A stretch of DNA of 62,850 bases, counting the filler, from Octopus bimaculoides (Eukaryota), in NCBI RefSeq assembly GCF_001194135.2. It is 3 parts of 3 records of this genome, joined end to end, with 100 filler letters (N's around TTAATTAATTAA, not from the genome) between each part and the next. Parts side by side here need not be neighbours in the genome. Positions count along the whole stretch, not along the records: positions 1 to 23,979 come from NC_069005.1; 2 more parts are not named here. The stretch is one strand, 5' to 3'. The notes under the pieces are model-generated. The model did not search any database. It had not been told where the DNA came from and saw only the letters and a program-made list of their open reading frames with translations. Made by a program: the position numbers and the translations under genes. Numbering within the stretch: the first letter of the stretch is position 1; every line of letters begins with the position of its first letter. Of this stretch, positions 11,883 through 23,615 are shown one piece after another.

Positions 11883-12068
11883 ATATATATATATATATAT
11901 ATACACACACACGATGGGCTTCTTTCAGTTTCTGTCTACCAAATCCATTCACAAGGCTTTGGTCAGCCTGAGGCTATAGTAGAAGACACTTGCCCAAGGT
12001 GCCATGCAGTAGTACTGAACCCGGAACCATGTGGTTGGTAAGTGATCTACTTACCACACAGTCACTCC
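11883..12068 (-). mobile_element. SINE family A, head half
   Basis: Matches 2031-2240; starts at a TA run after a 510-N gap. Confidence 0.85.
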
Positions 12069-12199
12069 TGCACCTACTATGATTATAATTTTTCAGACTA
12101 TTAACTCCATCTCTAAAAATGCACCACCATCATCATCTTCATCATCTCCTCCATCATCATCTATCCACTTTTCCATGTTTGCATGGCACAGATGGGATT

Positions 12200-12475
12200 T
12201 GTTGAGTGGATTTAGTAGATGGAAACTGAAAGAAGCCCGTCTTATAACTATGTGTGTGTCTTTGTAGCTGTATTTGTCCCTCATCACTACTTGACAACCG
12301 GTGTTGGTGCATTTATGTCCCTGTAACTTAGCTGTTCAGCAAGAGACCAATAAAATAAGTACTAGACTTTAAAAAAAAGCCCCTGGGTCAATTTGTTCAA
12401 CTAAAAGTCCTTCAAGGCAGTGCTCCAGCATGGCTTCAGTTAAATAACTGAAACCAGTAAGAGATAAAAAAATAA
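12200..12475 (+). mobile_element. SINE family A, 5'-truncated
   Basis: GAGTGGATTTAGTAGATGGAAACTGAAAGAAGCCCGTC through GTGCTCCAGCATGG..ACTGAAAC. Confidence 0.85.
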
Positions 12476-12544
12476 AAGCACTGGGTTGGATTTGAACTCG
12501 GAGACTCTTGTCCATAGCTTGGTTTCAGAATCATTATCTGGTAT

Positions 12545-12790
12545 TTGGCAAGTGTCTTCTACTAAGTCCTGAGCCAGTCAGTATCTTGTGAGTAAATTTT
12601 GCAGGCAGAAACTGTGAGAAAGTCTGTCGTGTGTGTCCGTGTGTCTGTGTTTGTTCCCTACTACTGTAACTTAATAGTTTTGCAAAAGAAACCAGTAGAA
12701 TTAGTACTAGAGTCAGTTTGTTTGACTAAACCCTTCGAGGCAGTGCCCCAGCTTGGCCACAGTCCAATGACTGATCCCAGTAAAAGATAA
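12545..12790 (+). mobile_element. SINE family A, decayed and internally deleted
   Basis: TTGGCAAGTGTCTTCTACTA...GAAACTG...GGCCACAGTCCAATGACTGA. Confidence 0.7.
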
Positions 12791-14774
12791 AATCAGCAAC
12801 AGTTGTCAAGAGTGAGAGACAAACACAGATATTTCCCTTACTCAACTCGTTTCAGTTTGGCTAGTTACGAAAATATGATAAATAAATGTTGATTAAGGAC
12901 CTTTGTTGCATTTTAAACTAGCTAACTTCTTTTCATGTTGTTTATTTATTACAAGGTCAAATCTTGGGTTGAGTAACATTTTTCAGAAAGATTTTGTTTT
13001 TCTGTCTTTTTTTTTTTTTTCCTTCATGTATTTCATAAAAACAATTCTCTTGGCTATGTATCCTGTTATCAACCGGTTCTTTTGAGAGTTGTGTTTGTGT
13101 GAGGTTTACTTAACGTTAGCTTGACTCTTCCCATGAGCAAAAAAAAATTCTAATTGTACCTTTTTTTCTTCTTCTTGACACATATGTATATAATAGATAA
13201 CATCATATGTTGTCTATTATATACAAATTATTTGCAAACACACTTTGTATTGTTGTGAATATTGCTTTAGGGGTTGTGTGTGTTTATGTGTGTTCGTTGC
13301 TTAGCCAGAGGAAGAGAGGCAGCATACATGACACTTTTCAAGATCTCTGGGATAAGTAGATGGAAAGAAAGAAAAAAAATATTCTAAAACTGAAGACCTA
13401 GCCTGGACATTTGCAGCCTAGTAGTCTCTGCTAAAGGTACCACTCAAGTACCAAGTGCTGGTGTTTTCCTGCAATATTGTAGACTCCACTTAACATAATC
13501 AAAAACCAGATGGTGGTGTTCTATGCTGAGATAAACACCACAGTTTGATTCAGATTCACACTCAGAACCTTGTCTGTTATGACGCAAAAGCTTTTAGTAA
13601 AGAAACAAACATCGCTACAAGTTATTTCCCCATGTAGGATATTATAACTTGAAATAAACTGTGTTTAAAAAAGATTAGACTGGATGGTCATAGTTAGAAT
13701 GTCTTCAGTAATTGGTCTGCTCAACCAGGGCCAAGATGAAACGAAACACCACCAACATGTTAACAACTATTCCTCATCCTACTTCTCAAGACGTAATATG
13801 GTTGCTACGTTATTTATATATGAAGCAGATGCTTTCAGAGATTTTCCTCAAATTTCACTTGTATCCGTGAAGGCAGTGTTAACACTATTATTTATTTACA
13901 AACATCTTTAACAATAAAGCTTTTCCGATTTCTTTTTTATCTTTTCTTTCTTTCGTTTCTTTTCTTTGTTGGAAATCCTTCAAGGAAATATATCCTCTGA
14001 TTCCCCTCTTCCTTAATCCTTTGTCCGACGATGTACTGCGAATGATGTCGGAGAGACGGATTAAGTTACTTGTTTCATCTGCTAGAAGATGTTTCTCAGT
14101 GTTTGCCAGACCAGTCGTACATCATGTTAGGCTGCTTGCTTCTTTGGCTGGCATAGTCCTGCATCAGCATTGATGTGGTATTTTCTAGGTTGAAGATGTC
14201 TTCTTGCAGCAGTTTGGATAAAAAGGCAAGAAGGAAAGAAAGAAAAAAAGAAGGAATAAAGCAAACACCAGTTGGTTGGTACGTCTGTAAACCAAACCTC
14301 AAAAATGTCTGCTTACCATAAGCTTTTTGTTGTTTTCCTTCTTTCTTTCTCTCTTCTTGGTAATTATCCAAATAACTGTCTTTACCATGATTCTTCAATG
14401 TTTGTTATTTCTGTAAGTAGAAAATGGTATGGAATCTCAACTAGGAAAAAATATAAATAAGTAAATAAATAAAACAATCACTTGTTGAGTTGGGGAACTG
14501 AACTTCTTCATGACCTGGTGCCGGTGGAGACAACAAGAACTTGTTTATTATAGTTTATTGTATGTAAAATGTGTGTGTGTGTGTGTGTGTGTGCAGGCGC
14601 ACATGTATCAGTGTTAAACATGTTAGATTTGCTATCTTATTTCATCCCAGATATATCAAGTTGTTTCCATCCTCTTGCAAACCCACCTTCATTCACTTCC
14701 TCCTAAAATGCTCTATTGCCCTTCCTCCTAAACATGCTCTATCGACCCCCTGCTCCTAAACATGCCCTATCCCC

Positions 14775-14843
14775 TGAGTGGGACTGAATTTGGCACCCTG
14801 TATTTAGGAAGCCAACTCCCTACCACACAGCCACACCTGTGCC
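14775..14843 (-). mobile_element. SINE family A, head tip
   Basis: GTGGGACTGAA...CCTACCACACAGCCACACCT. Confidence 0.6.
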
Positions 14844-16189
14844 TATAGATTGGCCATATTTGCAAAATTTATTTATTTCCATTTGTTTTAGCTTTCGTAA
14901 TTTGAATTTCTTTCTGTTGTTTGCAGTAATGTCTGCAAGAATAAATATCTTCATAAGTTGTCAGTGTTATTTCACTGGAGAATATTCATTCGTTCCTTCT
15001 GAGAAATCAAGAATCCCTAAGGATCTACCTCAATGCTATAGCAACCGAAGTAGGCAGCTGCAGCCCACCCCAACCCTTGGACTGGCTGGTGCCCATTCTC
15101 CTTTGCTATCATGAGGCTTTTTTGTGGGGCTGGATTTTCTACAGGGAGCATACCCTTGTTTACTCCCAACCTCAGTTTCTAGACACGAGTGGTCCCGATA
15201 CCAAAATGATTTTGAAGATATGTGGTGAGAAGCTAGCTCAAGCAGGCAGGGACGCTACTCCCTGAGACCCCTTTCAGAGTCCCCCCCCCTTACCTATATA
15301 TATATATATATTGGGGAAGGTGTGGCCTCCAACCTCTGTATTCTAGTCTTGTTGCGTGTGCTATTGGTTAATGTTTCAACCATTATGTAATCCTGGCTGT
15401 TGTTTGCCAAAACAATCATATATTTTACAGAGCAAAAAATATTATTTATGTTTTCTATACCCTGTTAATAATGTGTGTGTGTAGAAATGAATTCATGTTT
15501 TTATTTTTTTAAATTTTTATTTTAAAAAAAAAATCTTTTGTAGGAAATCTATTTTGGTTCAAAACAAGAGCAGAAAAAGCTATTTTACTGAAGAAATGTA
15601 GATTGAAGTAAAGAACAGGAAAAATACCTCCAATACTGGATCACAAGGAATTAAATTGTTTTTCTTAGAACCAAAGAAGAAAGTGCTGCAACATATTCCA
15701 GAAAATCATCTTCAAATTCCAAGAAAGCATTCACTTTTATCTAAAGAATTAAAAACAAAAACAAAAAGAGAGAGAAATAAAAACACACACACATACAAAA
15801 AAAAAAAGAAAGTGATAGGTATTGTAATCAAAAATTAAAAAAAAGAAAAGAAAAGAAATCCAAACACTGAAATCAGCATTTTTTTTCATTATTTTGGCTA
15901 TCTTATGCAAAAACATTTAAGTTTGCTTTTTTTTTTTTTTTTCGTTATTTTCTGAAGTTATATTAAAAAGCCTCTGCTTCATCTCAGTCAGTTGACATCA
16001 AGAACTGTGATCTGGCTTGAATTATAATAATTAAGAAAAAAAATTTTTGGTTCACATTTGAAACATAACGAAATATTGGTAACAAAGTTCCTCAATGTTA
16101 TCAAATGAATTTTTAGCCCATTAACCATGCACCAATCATTAATCCATCACTCCCCACCGTCATCTATTCCAAAGTAATATGTTGTATCA

Positions 16190-16236
16190 TTCCCTTTTTA
16201 TGTCTCCGTCTTTCTCTTATTTTGCTAGCGTTACAG
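16190..16236 (+). promoter_or_regulatory. Probable splice acceptor for the main exon (tandem TAG 16226-28 and CAG 16234-36)
   Basis: Long pyrimidine tract TCCCTTTTTATGTCTCCGTCTTTCTCTTATTTTGC followed by TAG and TTACAG|G, about 180 nt upstream of the ATG. Implies an upstream 5' UTR exon. Confidence 0.5.
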
Positions 16237-16417
16237 GGACTTCTGTTCTCCCATTAAACTATCAAGCTGAGTTTGTGTGCTTGCATCGTAGAAACTATGT
16301 ATTTTATAAACACACTTTCTAGTTATGTGAAATGACTACCTCTTCCAATATTAATAGTAATAATAACGATAATAATGATGTTTTTTCTATGAGTTGAAAA
16401 ATATTAAATCCAATGAA

Positions 16418-18056
16418 ATGTTAAAAAAGAAAGCTGTCGAGAAATACAGGCAGCAGGAGTTTTCTCCACTGCATGAGTATGCAGAAGAGAATGAGCCAGT
16501 TCGGATACACAATAACAGCAACAGTTTCTTGTCGGAGAACAACTCGGCCGAGAAGCTAACATTGGCTAAGAGTAAGAACAAAGAGTCTCCGTCTGGTGAT
16601 CCAGGGTTCACCACCATGGCAACAGATGACTTTACCAGTGGGAGACATTACAAAACTTTCCATATTACTGGCGGGAAAGTCTCAGAGACGGCTTGCGGTA
16701 CAATTGGTCCCGTCGGAAGGGATGGCTGCAACAGTTTGCAAGATTCCATTGATGATTTCAGAATCGACGGAACCGATCAGGAGGATTCTGAAATGCTGGA
16801 GAATCAAGATAATGGTAGTCAGTTTTCTCTTGCCACTACTGCCGCTGCTACTGATGACAAAGATGATGATGATAATGATGAAGATGTGGATGTGGAGGAG
16901 GAAGATGAGGAGGATGATGAGGATTCCGACATTGATGTCGTTACGACTCCGACGTCACCGAATCGTTTACAGGAATCCTCAGTTACTGTAAAACTTGCAG
17001 GAGTCAGAAGCTTTTCTGATTTTGCTTCTTCTGCAAGGACTAACGACATCTCTACTGGTTTTGCGGACACGTCTCCAACACATTCGGAAAGTGCAGAAAG
17101 TTCCGAAGTCCTACCTGGCCTGACGATAACCTCGGCCTTTTCGCTCAGTGCTGACATGTGGGACGACGAAAACGACACGAAAGAGGAAGACACAGAAGAT
17201 GGCACTTACACAGATTTCATTAAGGTCAGAGTCAACGAAGACTATGATGCCACCGACTATGCCACGTGGCGCGAATTGGATTCTGACCCTAGATGCAGTG
17301 TTAGTCATTTAGAAAATGAATCACCACACTTTGAACCAGGTCTACAGGAAAATGTTCCTGATCTCTCAGTGGTGAAGCAGGAAAATGAAGATCTTTTTTC
17401 ATACCCGCATTGCCCCACAATCCTTACCGACCAGTTCTCCTATGAGCAGCACATCCAGTCGCACACAACCGCTCCTCGGTCAAAGGTTTACCTACATCAG
17501 TGCTCTGTACCAAGTTGTGATTTTGGTACCAACATGATCCGAGAGTTTCGAGCACACTACTCGGAGAATCATGACAATTTATCGTCTTACCAATGCCGCT
17601 GGTGCCAGACGTATCTGAACTCTCTTGGAGCATTCCTTGATCATATCGGAGATAACTTTGTTGTGCCCTGGGTGAAGTGCCCTCATTGCCATTTGAAAGA
17701 GAAAAGCAAAACCGAAATCCTTCGACACATTTCCATAGAGCACCCTGGAGAGTCTCAACGGGTGATCGCAGGTAGCATGATTCTTTGCCGAAGCAAGGTA
17801 GAAGCCACTGTGTCATCATTATCATCATCAGCATTATCATTACCCTCTCAGGAGAAAGAACACCAAATGACAGCAACCTATGTCAGCCTGCTGAATAAGC
17901 AGAAATTCGTTTTGAATAATAATGAAACTATCAATAGTAATGGTAACAGTAATAACAGCAATAATGATGATAATAATAATATTAACATTACTACCATTAC
18001 TACTATTACTAAAAATAAAAGCAAAAGACGTAATGCTACCACCAATAATAATAGTC

Positions 18057-18089
<33 letters not shown>

Positions 18090-21000
18090 TTGTTGACAGT
18101 GAAATTGAAGAAGATGATGTTGATGTTGAAACACTTAGCAGTAGTAGCGTTGAAAATTTAAAAGATATTGTTAGAAGTAATAATATTACTGTTGATAGAA
18201 TTATTAGTAACAGCATGAATATTGATAGGATTATGAATGGCAACAACTTGGATAGTAATCGAAACAATAGTAGTTACAATGCAGACGACGACGAAAGCAT
18301 CAACATGAACAATAACGAATCTAGTAGTGTGTCGAGTAATTACACTATTAGCCGTTGGTACAATTGTCCGGACTGCGTTTTCAGTACGACCAAAGCACAA
18401 GTGTTCCTCGCACACATGAAGGTTTGCTTCCCCCTGAAAACTATGGTGAATCCCAAGGAGGTGAAATTTGAGTGCAAAGAGTGCACGTTTGCAACAAGCA
18501 GCAAAAAGGGGTTTTTGAATCATTGTCATGTAAAGGAAGCGTTGAAAAATGTCCCGAAACAGCCATATGGAAAGCATTTACCCATAAGCAATCTTGAGTC
18601 GTCAAGCAAAAAGCTCATGCCAGAGAAGAAAAAAATTGTGGGTGTGAGAGGTAAAAAAAATCGCAGCGCTCTTCGGCCTTCTGTTTATAATATTGTGGAT
18701 GACAAGTACAAATTCATGTGTCCATACTGCTCCGAGAGCTTTGAAAAGATTAATTCTATGAAAATCCACATATTTCGTAGCCATCGAGAGCATTACAACA
18801 AACCTATCTCGTTGCATCAGTGTCTCTCGTGTCACATGAAATCGTCATCTCAGCTTGTTGTTCGGCAACACATTGAACGCACACATTTCGGTCGTAAGTC
18901 TGGCATCCTTCTTATAGACGAGCCTTCTGAAATCATATCCAGAAAATTCCGGGTGCAGCAAGACAATAATAAGAAACTGATCCAGACTATAGAGCCAATA
19001 GAAAAATTGGACAGTGATGCCGTCAAGAAAGTGTCCTCGGAACGCTGTAGTAGCTGGGGCCGATCGCAACAAGCAAACAACGAACTCTTCAAACAGAAAA
19101 ATGTGCCAGCTGAAGGTAAAAGCTCTGAAGTAACCCCTGAAAAGCCATCTACGGAGCAGCATGTCTCAGATCCTGAAGAATCTGGTGCCTCAAAGAAAGA
19201 AGAACTGAAAACTGAAACACCTAACAAAGTGCAGGAAATGGAAATTATAAAGTTTGGCGTTGGGGACCATTTCACTGAATACATCCACTGCCCTCGGTGT
19301 TCCTATCAATCACAGAGCGTAATGGGTTTCTATGGACACATCAAACGGCATGAAAACATGGTTGTTTGTATAAATACGAGACGGAAATATGAATTTCACA
19401 AACCTAAATATGACAAATATTCGGAAACAGCTGCCAGTGGCAATACTAACTCTGCTGAAGATGCGCCCAGAACTTCAAATTCTGACTCAGTACCAGTAAT
19501 TAATTCCGAAACTGAATTACCAGCTGCTATTAATGCAGATAAGTTGGTTAATTTGACCAATGAGAATTCCGAGAAAACAGCAGAAAGTTCCAAAGAAATT
19601 TCTGTGAACGAAATTCCCGAATCTGATGGCAAAGATGCATCAGCTCTTATGCAATACTCTGTTGAATCCGAGGCAGTTATCATGAACAAACAATCAGAAA
19701 GTGATGTCGACAAAGAAGAATATTCCAAATTAGGTGGCCCCGTTTTAACCTCTAAGTTGTCCCAACTCTACACTGTCAGAGGAATGCTTCAGGAATGCAA
19801 CCTCTGTGATTATTCCTCTGATTTTCCGTCTTATATGCATCGGCATCTGCTTTCAAATCATCTCAACGTTCACTTCTGGCGATGCGGCTACTGTTTCTAT
19901 CGCCATTTGCAGCAGTGTAAGATACTGAGGCACTGCATTAGGCATCATGCTAGCTGTGAGCCGTATGCCAAGTGGCTTGGCATTCCAGACTGGGAAAAGA
20001 AAATAAACATTTGTCTTGCCAACAAAAACCACAAGGCTCATAATACAACAGAAGCAAAATCTCCAAAGATGCCCCTCTCTCCTACGACCGCTTCCCAGTC
20101 TTCTACAGTCGAAGAGAAAATACCTCCCTTGTCGCCAAAATCGAAAGAAGACAACATTAAAGTTCCAAGTGAAATGAAAATTATAGAAATTGAAAAACTG
20201 CCTGGGAATCTCTACAAGTGTAAGGTCTGTTCTTACTGTAGCATATATCAGACAAACGTCTTGAGACATATTTCTTATATTCACGGCGCTTTTGGTAAAA
20301 GCGTTGAAGGTAACTTAGAATCTCCAATAATGAATCTGACTGCTTCCGTTCGATCCAAACTGTCTGGTGAGAAGCAAGAAAGCTCCAAGATTGATGGAAA
20401 GTCAGAAAACACCTCCCCCGTGCCATCTGCACCGCCAACACTGTATCGCTGTGTATTCTGCAATTCTGTGAACATGTCTGCTGACGAAGTGAAGAAACAC
20501 ATGTGGCAAGAGCACTCCGACGAATTAACCAATGTTGGTATTTTACTGAAATCCAAAGAGGAGAGCGCTGGGTCTTCCCGCAAGAATTCCAAAAGATCAC
20601 AGTTACTTAAAAAACACTTACATCAGCCTGCCAAGGGTCGAAAGGTTAAAACTCAGTCCAAGAATGCCAGCGAACAATCTAGTCCAAGAGATGCAAATGA
20701 GGAATCGATGACCCTGAAGCATATTCGAAAGAATTCTGCCAAAGGTGATGGTTTTCAGGAAGGAAGCGAGGACGCCTTGGCTTTGAATTTATCATACAAT
20801 GAAGACCAGGACTATTCACGTCCAGTTAAGCGTCCAGCCACGAAGCAAAACCAGCGTGTTCCAGCGAAACGACGTAAACAGAAAACTGCTCAAAGCAAAG
20901 CTAATGAAAGAAATTTGTTAGAAAACTTGAATGATGATATGGTTTGTGAAACCCTCCAAGATGGGGAATTTCATATGGCTGAGAAGCTGGCTGCTCCGTC

Positions 21001-22221
21001 AGGGAATGGCACAGAGTCTCAGACACAGAGATCAGGTGAGATATTGCCGGAATTACAGAAAGTTGATATGGAGATTTATAATCGCTATATATTCAAAACT
21101 TATGATGGTTCCTACCTCTGCAATTTCTGCATTACCAGCATGGCCACCGAAGATGAAGCGCGACAACACATTCTTTCAATGCACCCGAAAAAGGTTGCCA
21201 ATCCCTCTGAACTACCTTGTCAGAATTTCCAGATTTTCCGACAGAAAACCAGACGTCCAGAAATTATCGTGCCTATTGCCGCCAAACCACGAGGTGCTAC
21301 AAATGCAAACCGAAAGTCTAAAAACCTGAAGCCGAAAAGAGATCCTTACAAAGCCATAAAACAGCCAAAGAAGAGGAAAGCGAGTTCAAATAAGCCGAGA
21401 CCGAATGCAAATAAATGGCAGGCAGCTGAAAAGAAGTTAATGCCAAAGCAGCTCAGGACAGTAACTGACAATGAGATGAGCACCAAGGAAGAAAGGAGTT
21501 ACACGGATTCCCCTACGATGTTCCTTGGCGACAGTTTTACAGATGATGACGATGATGTTGATTGTATCTTCAGCTGGAGTTATGACGACGACCAAATGAA
21601 AGTCTCAAATAGCTGCACTGATCAACAACAGGTGTCGATCATCCGGATGATAAAGTATCAACTTGATGATTCTGAACTTTTCAAATGTCCATTCTGTCAG
21701 CTCAGGTCAAAAAGTCACCGCAAGGTCATGGACCACATTCGAATGCACCATTTAGAGCTAGAGGTGAATAAATGTTCACAATGTCCTTACACCAGTTGGT
21801 TTGACGGGGAGATGTCAAAGCATGCGCAGTTAGTGCATGGCTGCATCACGTCGACAGCTAATCACCGACCGCCAGATCCTATGGACTCTTTGCTAAATAA
21901 TCCAGTCAAACCGGACACAGCTGATGTGGCTATCAAGAATGAACAAACACCCTCTGATGTATGTAACCCACACCGGACGACGAATACTACTACTACTACT
22001 ACTACTACTGCTACTAGCTCTGAGTTCACTGACATCTACGTGACCACTGATTATAGAAGCTTATACTCAAAGACTTCTTGTATTAAAAACCAGGCTCTTC
22101 TCTACACTTGCACCATATGTTCACTACAATTGGTGAGCCAAAAGCTGTTTTTTGAACATGTCACTAAACACTATGGACGAATTTACCAGTGCTCGTTGTG
22201 CTCCTTCAAAACATACCCAAG
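16418..22221 (+). CDS. Large dispersed multi-C2H2 zinc-finger protein, main coding exon
   Basis: Stop-free 1943-codon frame (16394-22225) with first in-frame ATG at 16418. About 18 C-x2/4-C-x12-H-x3/4-H or degenerate motifs, e.g. FMCPYCSESFEKINSMKIHIFRSH, YKCKVCSYCSIYQTNVLRHISYIH, FKCPFCQLRSKSHRKVMDHIRMHH. Acidic N-terminus and basic NLS-like patches. Ends at AG|GTAAGA donor (GT at 22222). Confidence 0.95.
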
Positions 22222-22885
22222 GTAAGAGAAAAGCCTGTTATTTTTTATATATCTTTTGTCTTTTAATTAGGAAGGTAGGCAGTGCCTGTGACCCCTTGCA
22301 GGATCTCTAAGTCTGGTTAGGGAGGAAGGTTACTCTCAAAACTGGACAGCTGTTCTAAATACTTGTAATAGGGGTGTGAACACTTGCAATGGGTTGGACC
22401 CTGCTAAAGATACCGGTATCAGTCTTTGCCTTTCCTTAGGATAACATTGGGGACATGAAAATTGGGAGACTGATATGCATGGGCGACTGCTGGTTTCCAT
22501 AAACAACCTTGCCTGTTGTGTCTCGGAGGGGAACTTTCTAGGTGCAATCTCATGGCCATTTATGACCGAAGGGGGTCTTTACCCTCTTATTTCTTTGCAA
22601 CATCAACCTCCTGGAATTCCCTTCCAGCTAATGTATTTCATGCAGATATTGACTGGTGGTGTTTGGGCTCAACATAAACTATTTCAGTCCCATTAGTTCC
22701 AGAAGACCTTACAGAAGTTGTTGAGACATTAAAAGGGTCACAGACACTTCTCCATCATNNNNNNNNNNNNNNNNNNNNNNNNNNNNNNNNNNNNNNNNNN
22801 NNNNNNNNNNNNNNNNNNNNNNNNNNNNNNNNNNTGCTTACTTTTTTCTATTTATTGTGTATTTTTTTTTTTTTTAAATTTCCAG
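22222..22885 (+). other. Phase-2 GT-AG intron of the zinc-finger gene (contains an N gap)
   Basis: GTAAGA donor and polypyrimidine/CAG acceptor; splicing restores a canonical finger. Confidence 0.9.
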
Positions 22886-23076
22886 AGAATTTATGGAGAA
22901 CCACATCCGCACTCACCAAAATGCTCCCAAAGAGAACATCAACATTGTTGTACTCTGCCATGAATCTCTGATGGATATTCCGGAGAGTATTATCAAACCT
23001 TGCCAGATATTTACGTCTTCAGTTTATTCTCCTATGGGTCTTACTGCCAATACTACTACTGCTGCTGCTGCTGCTG

Positions 23077-23133
<57 letters not shown>

Positions 23134-23615
23134 TTACCACTTCCGACGGCCACTCTACCCCTCCTGCTTCTACTGCTGAGTGGTGGCCCTCAAGCCCCAC
23201 CAGCCTGACCCTCACCGCCGCATCGGCAACCGCTGCTGTGTCTGCACTCTGGACAGACTACTTAAAGTACTGCTGCCCCTTCTGTACTTTCAAAACTGAC
23301 CAGCTCAGTGCATTCGAACGGCACCTGAAAGGCTGCGGCGAGAAAAAGCTCGCCGCCGCGGCTGTCACTTCCGATCATCCTTCGATTTCCGCTTGGCCGG
23401 AGCCAGAGCCAGAGCTCCCCCCAGAGAGTGGCGGCAGCGACAGCGACAGCAACAACAACAACAACAACAACAGCAGGAGCAGCAGTAACAACTCCCACAA
23501 CAACAACACCACCACCAACTCGAAAATTCTGCTGCCTACCATTTTCAACGTTCACGTCACACTACAAGACATTTTTGCATCGTATAAGCCTGAAATTTTT
23601 GATTTTTACACATAA
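22886..23615 (+). CDS. Terminal coding exon of the zinc-finger gene
   Basis: Poly-T tract then TTCCAG acceptor ending at 22885. The splice AG|A-GAA-TTT-ATG is in frame with ORF 22893-23615 and completes CSLCSFKTYPREFMENHIRTH (C-x2-C-x12-H-x3-H). One further C2HC finger (CPFCTFKTDQLSAFERHLKGC). TAA at 23613-23615. Confidence 0.92.

Noticed and set aside
11296-12041. Long ORFs containing X runs (also 36888-37400, 38288-39085 and 60165-60899)
   Set aside because: They stay open only because N gaps contain no stops.
16380-16390. Programmed -1 ribosomal frameshift at GTTTTTTC
   Set aside because: The codon phase does not give an X-XXY-YYZ heptamer, and I saw no downstream stimulatory structure.
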